Source of the DNA: an uncultured Chlamydiae bacterium
GTDB taxonomy: Bacteria > Chlamydiota > Chlamydiia > Chlamydiales > Parachlamydiaceae
Reading direction: 5' to 3'
DNA: 64,000 nucleotides
Assembly (NCBI GenBank): GCA_963830365.1
Contig: CAWHMU010000018.1
Span: 10,986-74,985, forward strand
In this document: in pieces, positions 1 through 7,133 of the stretch
How the letters are laid out: each line of letters starts with the position of its first letter
Position numbering within the stretch: position 1 is the first letter of the stretch
Translations under genes and position numbers: made by a program
The notes under the pieces: model-generated
Databases searched by the model: none
The model's input: the letters and a program-made list of their open reading frames with translations, nothing else
What the model was told of the DNA's origin: nothing

Positions 1-707
1 AGGACTTCACCGCAAGCTTTAATGTGGCTGGCTTTAGTGTAATAAGGGGGAAGAACGACATCTTTATCTTTGAAACGCAGCGCTTCAGCCAATGTGCCGA
101 GGATCCCGCCGTGCGCCGACACGCCGATCGTCTGGCCGGGGTGTTTTTCTGCTAGCTGGCTGAACACCGATTCTGCTCTTTTATATAGCTCTAAAACGGT
201 TTCCGGCCGTGGATCCTTGCCTTTAATTGCTTTGGCGATATCTCTTACAGCAACATCATCCCCCACGACTTTTCTGGTTAGCGGATGAATTCTCCAATGG
301 CAAAATCTGTCGCTGATAGGTTTGCCGGGAACGGCGGCACATAGGCGATCGCCCTCGGCATTTCTTGGACCGTCAGGTCCGCCTTCGAAAGCGCCATGGA
401 AGATTTCTCTCAACTGTGGCTTTAGGATGATTTCGATTTGATTTGGCTGATATGCCCCTGCCACAATGTTTGCCGTGTCTATGGCCCTCTGTAAATCTGA
501 AGAGTAGATGACTTTCAAATCCAAGCATTTTTTGGCGACTTGACCGGCTAATGCTTCAGCTTGCTGCCTGCCCTTCTCATTGATATCGAATTTCGGTCCC
601 ACGGCCGCCGCTCCCGAAAGAGATTTAGTTTTGTTGGCATCTGTCTCCCCATGGCGAAAGGCCCAAATTGTGGTCACCGGGCCGGCATTTCCCGTCGATG
701 AAATCAT
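1..707 (-). CDS. Histidine phosphatase family protein (phosphoglycerate mutase-like), running off the left edge of the window
   Basis: Manual translation from ATG 707: MISSTGNAGPVTTIWAFRHGETDAN...YSSDLQRAIDTA...LREIFHGAFEG...VSAHGG. Shows RHG, SSDLxRA and HGG motifs. Absent from the ORF track because it is incomplete. Confidence 0.85.
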   Translation of the reverse strand, partial: MISSTGNAGPVTTIWAFRHGETDANKTKSLSGAAAVGPKFDINEKGRQQAEALAGQVAKKCLDLKVIYSSDLQRAIDTANIVAGAYQPNQIEIILKPQLREIFHGAFEGGPDGPRNAEGDRLCAAVPGKPISDRFCHWRIHPLTRKVVGDDVAVRDIAKAIKGKDPRPETVLELYKRAESVFSQLAEKHPGQTIGVSAHGGILGTLAEALRFKDKDVVLPPYYTKASHIKACGEV

Positions 708-780
708 TAAAAACCATAAGTTAGAAAATTTACAATCAAGAACAGTCTTTACAGGGCAGTTCAGTTTCTTCGAGCCCGCC

Positions 781-840
781 CCAAACTAAAATTACGTGCC
801 CGAGCCCATGCTCGGGCGCGGGCATGTAATTTTAGTTTGG
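781..840. repeat. 60-bp imperfect palindrome
   Basis: CCAAACTAAAATTACGTGCCCGAGCCC-ATGCTC-GGGCGCGGGCATGTAATTTTAGTTTGG: 27-bp arms with 2 mismatches, just downstream of asnS. Confidence 0.85.
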
Positions 841-868
841 ATTACGGCTCAATGAATTAGTGGTCCTT

Positions 869-2287
869 TTAAAATTCAGCTTTACCGGGATACCTTGGGA
901 ATGGGATCACATCGCGAATGTTTTCCATGCCGGTGGCAAACTGGATCAACCTTTCAAAGCCCACGCCGTAGCCGGCATGCGGAACGGTGCCGTATTTGCG
1001 CAGCTCAAGATACCACCAGTAGTCTTCTTTGGACAGATTGTTTTCCTTCATCTTCTCTTCCAGGCGATCGAGGCGCTCTTCACGCTGGCTGCCGCCGACG
1101 AGTTCGCCGATCTTGGGGACGAGGATATCCATGGCCGCGACTGTTTTGTCGTCTTCATTGGCGCGCATATAAAAAGCTTTGATCTTCTTGGGGTAGTCGG
1201 TGATGATGACCGGCTTATTGAAATGCTCTTCGGCCAAAAAGCGTTCATGTTCCGATTGCAGATCGGCGCCCCAGCTGACGGGGAACTCGAAGGGCTTATT
1301 GGCTTTTTCCAGGATGCGCACGGCATAGGTATAGGTGGCGCGTTCAAAAGGCGTCTCCACAACTTGCTGCAGGCGTTTAATGAGCCCCTCGGACACGAAT
1401 TTGTCGAAAAATTGCAGATCTTCAACGCAATTTTGCAGCACATAATTAAGCACATATTTAAGGTAGCCTTCAGCACAGTCCATATTATCCACAATATCGG
1501 CGAAAGCCATCTCCGGTTCGATCATCCAGAACTCTGCCAGATGGCGCGAGGTATTGGAATTCTCCGCCCGGAAGGTGGGCCCAAAGGTATAGATATCTGA
1601 CAGGGCCGAGGCATAGATCTCGCCGTTCAATTGTCCGGAAACGGTCAGATAGGTGGGCTGTCCAAAGAAATCCTTGCTGAAATCCACCTTGCCATCCTCT
1701 TTGCGCGGCAGCTTTTCAAGGTCCAGCGTCGTCACCCTAAACATCTGCCCGGCCCCTTCACAGTCGGCCCCGGTGATGATCGGCGTATGGATATGCAGAA
1801 AACCCTTTTCCTGGAAAAACTTATGGGTGGCATAGGCCAACGCATTGCGCACGCGCGCCACGGCCCCTAAAGTGTTGGTGCGCGGCCTTAAATGCGCTAT
1901 AGAGCGCAGAAATTCAAAGGAGTGGCGCTTTTTTTGCAGCGGGTATACTTCAGGATCGCAAAGTCCGATGATGGCAACTTCTTTGGCATGCATCTCAAGG
2001 GTTTGATTTTGACCCGGACTTTCCACCAGCTGCCCTGTGACGGCAACAGAAACGCCTGTAGACAGCTGGTTAATGGTTTTTTCAAAATTCGGCAGGTCGG
2101 CATTGGCCACTACTTGAAAATTCGACAGCGTAGAGCCATCGTTAATTTCGATGAAGGCGAAAGTCTTTTGGTTGCGAACTGTCCTTACCCACCCCTTAAT
2201 GGTCACTTCCTGGCCGATGAGCGAGGGCTGACCGGGAGTTGGTTGCTTCAGTTGTTTAATTCTCATACGCATGATTTCATTCTCCAC
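869..2287 (-). CDS. asnS: Asparagine--tRNA ligase
   Basis: OB-fold [53 protein letters not shown] and RDVIPFPR class IIb motifs. Confidence 0.97.
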   Translation of the reverse strand: MENEIMRMRIKQLKQPTPGQPSLIGQEVTIKGWVRTVRNQKTFAFIEINDGSTLSNFQVVANADLPNFEKTINQLSTGVSVAVTGQLVESPGQNQTLEMHAKEVAIIGLCDPEVYPLQKKRHSFEFLRSIAHLRPRTNTLGAVARVRNALAYATHKFFQEKGFLHIHTPIITGADCEGAGQMFRVTTLDLEKLPRKEDGKVDFSKDFFGQPTYLTVSGQLNGEIYASALSDIYTFGPTFRAENSNTSRHLAEFWMIEPEMAFADIVDNMDCAEGYLKYVLNYVLQNCVEDLQFFDKFVSEGLIKRLQQVVETPFERATYTYAVRILEKANKPFEFPVSWGADLQSEHERFLAEEHFNKPVIITDYPKKIKAFYMRANEDDKTVAAMDILVPKIGELVGGSQREERLDRLEEKMKENNLSKEDYWWYLELRKYGTVPHAGYGVGFERLIQFATGMENIRDVIPFPRYPGKAEF

Positions 2288-2317
2288 ATTGGGTATAATT
2301 CTATTGGGTGTAGTTAT

Positions 2318-3184
2318 TTAAGGACGACCGGCCAGATCGCGCAGCAGACTGATCTCTTTTTCCCATTGGGACGGGCCATCAGGTGTTTCAAGATATTTTG
2401 GAATATAGCGTGTGCGGGGATCCCGCATCAGGAAATGGAAGCATTCCATGCCGATCTCCCCTTGCCCCAGATTGGCATGGCGGTCGACGCGCGATGCTAA
2501 GCCCTTAACTGAATCATTTAGATGAAAGGCATAAAGATGCTTAAGGCCGACGATGCGCTCAAATTCCTGCAATGTAGCCTCGCAGGCTGCCGCCGTGCGC
2601 AGATCATAGCCGGCCACAAAAATATGGCAGGTATCAATGCATACGCCTATCGGCATGCGTTTATGCAGCTTGTCGATGATGTATGCCAGATGTTCAAAGC
2701 GGTTGCCTACCGCCGACCCTTGCCCGGCCGTGGTTTCCAAAAGCAGCCTGGTTTTGCCTTCAGCTACCAGCGCTTCGACCGTCAACAGGCTCTTAACGAT
2801 TTGATCCAAACACTCCTGCACATCGCCAGCTAATGCTGCCCCAGGATGGAAATTAAGGTAAGTAATATCCAGCTGCTGGCAGCGCAACACTTCCTCTCTA
2901 AAGGCCTTCTGACTTTTAGCTAAATTCTCAGGATTGGGCGTGCCTAGGTTGATAAGATAGCTATCATGGCTCATGATTTGCTTAAGTCCCGTTTCAGCCA
3001 GCGTCTTTTGCCACAGCTCCACAGCCTGCTGATCAATAAGTTTACCATCCCACCGCTTCTGATTGGCTGTGAAAAGCTGGATGGTCGTCGCGCCGATGCG
3101 CTGCCCCTCGAGTAAGGCATTAAAGGCACCGCCGGCGGCTGAGGTATGCGCCCCAATCAAAAGATCTTCGCTGCTATTTTTCAT
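2318..3184 (-). CDS. nfo: Endonuclease IV (deoxyribonuclease IV)
   Basis: LIGAHTSAAGG, HDSYLINL, NFHPG, LLETTAGQG, DTCH, HLNDS, DRHA and LETP motifs. Start placed at MKNSSEDLLIGAH. Confidence 0.95.
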   Translation of the reverse strand: MKNSSEDLLIGAHTSAAGGAFNALLEGQRIGATTIQLFTANQKRWDGKLIDQQAVELWQKTLAETGLKQIMSHDSYLINLGTPNPENLAKSQKAFREEVLRCQQLDITYLNFHPGAALAGDVQECLDQIVKSLLTVEALVAEGKTRLLLETTAGQGSAVGNRFEHLAYIIDKLHKRMPIGVCIDTCHIFVAGYDLRTAAACEATLQEFERIVGLKHLYAFHLNDSVKGLASRVDRHANLGQGEIGMECFHFLMRDPRTRYIPKYLETPDGPSQWEKEISLLRDLAGRP

Positions 3185-3283
3185 CTGTCGACACATCCTC
3201 TTAATAATTATAATCTGTGGAACCCGCATGCATTTTAGAAACATCGCATATTAAGAGAAAAGCACAAAATTGCAATTGATGTC

Positions 3284-3313
3284 TTGGCAGGAGAAATAAC
3301 GGTATGCTATAAC
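3284..3313 (+). promoter_or_regulatory. Putative sigma70/sigma66 promoter for sctQ
   Basis: TTGGCA-N18-TATAAC with an extended TGn -10, about 35 bp upstream of the GTG start. Confidence 0.4.
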
Positions 3314-3347
3314 ACCAAATAACAAGACTAATACCCCAGTAACACCC

Positions 3348-4670
3348 GTGAGCATACAAACAGAACAACCTTTTGCCTGGATCAGACAAATTCCCGGCGA
3401 TCTATTTCAACTGGATGAAAAACCTTTATTGGGATTTCCGCCAACTTTTGATTGGGCCGCCATGGCGACGGAACTTGGGCGTTCTTTAGAAATTAAGAAC
3501 CTAACTATTGAAGCTGGCACATGGCAATGGCGTCAACGCGAGGAACTTTTTGCCGGACTCGCAAAAGAAATCAGAGGGTTGCCGCTTGCCATCTCACCTC
3601 TCCCCGGCGCTGTGTGGTGGGTCATGGCAGAGCAGGATCTTAAGAAGCTGATGTCTATGCTGCTTGCAAAGCAGCCCGCACCTGCCGATGATGACATTGA
3701 CAACGATTTTGTAAAAGCTTTCTACCGCTTCCTGGCTGTGGAAGCATTAAATGCCTTTGAGAACACTGTCGCCGATAAGAAATTGTCGCCAACATTGGCG
3801 GCTGAAGAAGGCCTTCCCGATGCCCACTGCCTATGCCTGGATGTAGCCATTAATATTGAGCAAAAAAACATTCAGGCCCGGTTGTTTCTTTCGCCGGAAT
3901 TCAGAACGGCCTGGAAACTACGCTATTTGCAGCAACAGCCAAATATTTCGCTTGCCTCGCCAATGGCAAACTCTCTTGATATCATCGTACATCTTGAAGC
4001 CGGCCGCATCGATCTTAAACTTTCTGAATGGAAACAGATCAAAACCGGCGATTTCATCTTCCTCGATAACTGCTCTTTAGACCCCGATGAAGACAAAGGG
4101 CGCGTCATGCTGGTCATCAACGGCATCCCGTGCTTCCGCGCCAGAATCAAACAAGGCAGCCTAAAAATTCTCGAACACCCTCTATACCACGAGGCAAATA
4201 CATCCATGGACGAAACGACGAATACAGATGATGAAAACATGTTCGATGACGAGGATCTTAAAGACGATGATCTTGATCCGGCATCCGAACATGCCGCTGA
4301 AGAATCCAGTGCCGATTTCGATATCGACGAAATCAGCGATAGCGAGCTCGATCTCGATGAAGACTCTTCCACAGACGCCTCTCCCCCCACCCCCACCGCA
4401 AGTCCCGCCGCAAGCGCCGCCACCTCGGCCGTCAAAGCTGCAAGCGTCCCCTCGTCGATCGAGGATCTGCCGCTGCCCGTGGTCATTGAAATCGGACGCA
4501 TCCAGATGTCCATCAAAAAACTTTTGGAATTGCAACCCGGTAACATGCTGGAGCTGGATATCCATCCCGAAACAGGTGTCGATTTAGTCGTCAACGGTAA
4601 ACGCGTCGCCCGCGGTGAACTGCTGCGCATCGGCGAAGCTCTGGGAGTAAGAATTCTGGAATTATCATAA
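3348..4670 (+). CDS. sctQ: Type III secretion C-ring protein SctQ (CdsQ)
   Basis: Two SpoA/FliN-like domains. C-terminal LPLPVVIEIGRIQMSIKKLLELQPG...VDLVVNGKRVARGELLRIGEALGVRI. Upstream of pkn5 and sctC, as in the chlamydial T3SS locus. Confidence 0.92.
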   Translation: MSIQTEQPFAWIRQIPGDLFQLDEKPLLGFPPTFDWAAMATELGRSLEIKNLTIEAGTWQWRQREELFAGLAKEIRGLPLAISPLPGAVWWVMAEQDLKKLMSMLLAKQPAPADDDIDNDFVKAFYRFLAVEALNAFENTVADKKLSPTLAAEEGLPDAHCLCLDVAINIEQKNIQARLFLSPEFRTAWKLRYLQQQPNISLASPMANSLDIIVHLEAGRIDLKLSEWKQIKTGDFIFLDNCSLDPDEDKGRVMLVINGIPCFRARIKQGSLKILEHPLYHEANTSMDETTNTDDENMFDDEDLKDDDLDPASEHAAEESSADFDIDEISDSELDLDEDSSTDASPPTPTASPAASAATSAVKAASVPSSIEDLPLPVVIEIGRIQMSIKKLLELQPGNMLELDIHPETGVDLVVNGKRVARGELLRIGEALGVRILELS

Positions 4671-4687
4671 AATTTAAGAATGAAATA

Positions 4688-6301
4688 ATGCCCGAAGAAG
4701 ACTTCCATAAGCAACTCACCCTGAACGGTTCTTCCATCTCCAAAGATGCTAAAAACCTGGCTGCTGCCAGTACCATCCCTAAAATGATCGGACCCTATAA
4801 AATCGAATGCCTGCTGGAAAAAGGCGGCATGAGCATTCTCTATTTGGGTCTGCATCCCGATTCCAAAGAACCTACCACCATAAAAGTGCTGTTGCCGCGC
4901 CTGCTTTCCCATCCCGATGTGGTGCAACGCTTCCTTACCGAAGCCGAAATCATCGCCATGACCGACCACCCCAATATCGTCAAGCTGTATGGCCATGGCG
5001 AATGGGAAGGCGGACTTTATATCGCTATGGAATTCATCCAAGGGATTTCGCTCCGCCAAGCCCTACTCCAGAGTCCCATTTCGCTGAAGAAAGCGCTGGA
5101 AATAATCATCGATATCGCCTATGCCCTATGCCATCTGCATACCCATGGCGTCATCCATCGCGATCTGAAACCTGAGAATATCCTCATTACCGAAACAGGC
5201 CAAGTCAAAGTGATAGACTTCGGCATCGCTCAATTGCTTACCGAAAAAAATGCCAGCGGGGCTCCGGCGAGGCAACGCCTCATCGGCACACCTATCTACA
5301 TGAGCCCTGAACAACGCGAAAACCCTGAAACTGTATCATACCCCTCCGACATATATTCCTTGGGTATCATCGCCTATGAACTTGTCTTGGGGAGATTATC
5401 CCACGGACAGATCCACCTTTCCCTTATGCCCAAAGGATTGCAAAAAATCCTTAACAAAGCCCTGCAGCCACGCCCTCAAGATCGCTACCAGGATATCGTC
5501 GACTTCATCACCGATGTCTCGGCCTATCTTAATTCCACCAATATGCAGCGTGAAAATAAGGTCGGCGGACAGCTCAGCGAAATCATGGATAACCTGCGCC
5601 ACGCCCAGGAATTGCTGGCACCGCTAAATCCACCCCTCTGGGATGGCATCGCTGTCGGCCTGGCCAGCCCGAAAGGACTCAACACCTATGGTATCTATTA
5701 TGATTTCTTTGCCCTTTCCGACGGTTCTTATGGCATCATCATGGGAGAATCTTCAGCCAAGGGGGCTGAGGGAGTCATCTATACGGCTCTTTTGCGCGGC
5801 ATGATCCACGCGCTGAGAAGCCGCGCACCCACACCCGTAGAACTTGCCACCCAGCTTAACACCCTTGCCGTCAATGACAAGATCAAGCAGGTGTTTGCCC
5901 TAAGCTATCTTAGCCTTTTTCCCAAAGAAAACCGCATCGACTATCTGTCTTGCGGCTATGGCAGTTTATGGCAGCTCACTCAAGGCACGAAAAATCCTGT
6001 CAAAATCGGCATTCACAACCTTGCCATCGGCATTGATGCAGAAGCTGAATTCACGGCCGTCACCGCCCCTTGGGAAACTAACGACTGCCTCGTACTTAGC
6101 TCACTCGTCCCCGACATGCCGGGGGCAACTTCTGAAAACATCCTGTCAGAAGATCTTTTAAAACAGGCTCTGCTGGAAAATGCAAATATCCATCCTCAGA
6201 AGCTCATCGAAGGCGTCCTTCGCAAAATCAAACTCTCCCTCAGCAAGACAATGCCCGAACGCTCCCCCACACTCATCAGCATCTGCCGCAATCAGCCATA
6301 A
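4688..6301 (+). CDS. pkn5: Ser/Thr protein kinase Pkn5-like with a C-terminal degenerate PP2C/SpoIIE-like domain
   Basis: HRDLKPEN, DFGIA, GTPIYMSPE and SDIYSLG motifs. Lies between sctQ and sctC. Confidence 0.88.
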   Translation: MPEEDFHKQLTLNGSSISKDAKNLAAASTIPKMIGPYKIECLLEKGGMSILYLGLHPDSKEPTTIKVLLPRLLSHPDVVQRFLTEAEIIAMTDHPNIVKLYGHGEWEGGLYIAMEFIQGISLRQALLQSPISLKKALEIIIDIAYALCHLHTHGVIHRDLKPENILITETGQVKVIDFGIAQLLTEKNASGAPARQRLIGTPIYMSPEQRENPETVSYPSDIYSLGIIAYELVLGRLSHGQIHLSLMPKGLQKILNKALQPRPQDRYQDIVDFITDVSAYLNSTNMQRENKVGGQLSEIMDNLRHAQELLAPLNPPLWDGIAVGLASPKGLNTYGIYYDFFALSDGSYGIIMGESSAKGAEGVIYTALLRGMIHALRSRAPTPVELATQLNTLAVNDKIKQVFALSYLSLFPKENRIDYLSCGYGSLWQLTQGTKNPVKIGIHNLAIGIDAEAEFTAVTAPWETNDCLVLSSLVPDMPGATSENILSEDLLKQALLENANIHPQKLIEGVLRKIKLSLSKTMPERSPTLISICRNQP

Positions 6302-6529
6302 GCTTCAAAAATCATTATAAACTATACCACCGACATGCGGGGGCACAGAGAACAAGATCCTATATTGATTCCCGTGAAGCTGCTTTCTAATCCTGGACAT
6401 TTATGCTGCCTACCATAGCCAGCCTGTTTATTTTGCTGCTTGCTTCTTTGTGTCTCGGCGTCCCGGTGGTGCATTGCCTTCTTTTTGAGCCTTGATGTTG
6501 ATTGTTTTGTCACACGCCCTTCATTTTCA

Positions 6530-6685
6530 GGCGTTGTTCACCCAACCGGTCAATTTCTGGCTCCGTGCTCTCTGTGCCTCTGTGTTTGATTTTTTTGAAA
6601 CACAGAGGCACAGAGACCACGGAGAGGGGATAGAGAAGATAGTATCATCGTGACCGAAAGTTTTCCTATGAAGGTGAACAGGGCT
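6530..6685. mobile_element. MITE family A, copy 1
   Basis: Ends GGCGTTGTTCACC...GGTGAACAGGGCT. 8-bp direct repeat CATTTTCA at 6522-6529 and 6686-6693. Internal palindrome CTCTGTGCCTCTGTGTTT...AAACACAGAGGCACAGAG. Confidence 0.8.
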
Positions 6686-6717
6686 CATTTTCAGACGTTA
6701 AATTGACTTGATTTTTT

Positions 6718-6902
6718 GGCATTGTTCACCTTTTCGGTCAAAAAGGTGAGCATGCCCCCTTTACAACCAGTCTGCCCTCCTCTGCGTCGCCGCGTCTCAG
6801 CGTCTCTGCGTTAAATTGTCTCAAGGAATTCAATGCAGAGACGCAGAGGAGGGCAGAAATAGTTGTGACCGAAAGTTTTCACTATGCAAGGTGATCATGG
6901 CC
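6718..6902. mobile_element. MITE family A, copy 2
   Basis: Ends GGCATTGTTCACC...GGTGATCATGGCC. 8-bp direct repeat GATTTTTT at 6710-6717 and 6903-6910. Internal hairpin TCTGCCCTCCTCTGCGTC...GACGCAGAGGAGGGCAGA. Confidence 0.8.
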
Positions 6903-7133
6903 GATTTTTTTTCATTAACGCTTGCAACAGATGTCATATTGACTTATCGTAATCATTCAATCCAGCGTCTGCAGCGGCACTATCACAGCAGGCTCTTTAT
7001 TTTTGTGGAAATAAAACATTTCATTTGCAATAAGGAATGTCGGTTGCAAGAGATGAAGCTTGAAGCAGAACGTAGAAATCAATTGTTTACTCACAATATT
7101 ATGAATTAAAAGCATTTACACAGCCACTATCCC

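Noticed and set aside
860..2500. Long + strand ORFs (860-1600, 1892-2500) opposite asnS/nfo
   Set aside because: Antisense shadows of strongly supported genes, with no motifs.
6322..7109. Short ORFs 6322-6513 and 6816-7109 (and similar at 19732, 21522, 29149-29500, 33811, 44104, 48990, 57379)
   Set aside because: They lie in or overlap palindromic repeat elements. Peptides such as HRDAETQR are translations of the 8-mer repeats.
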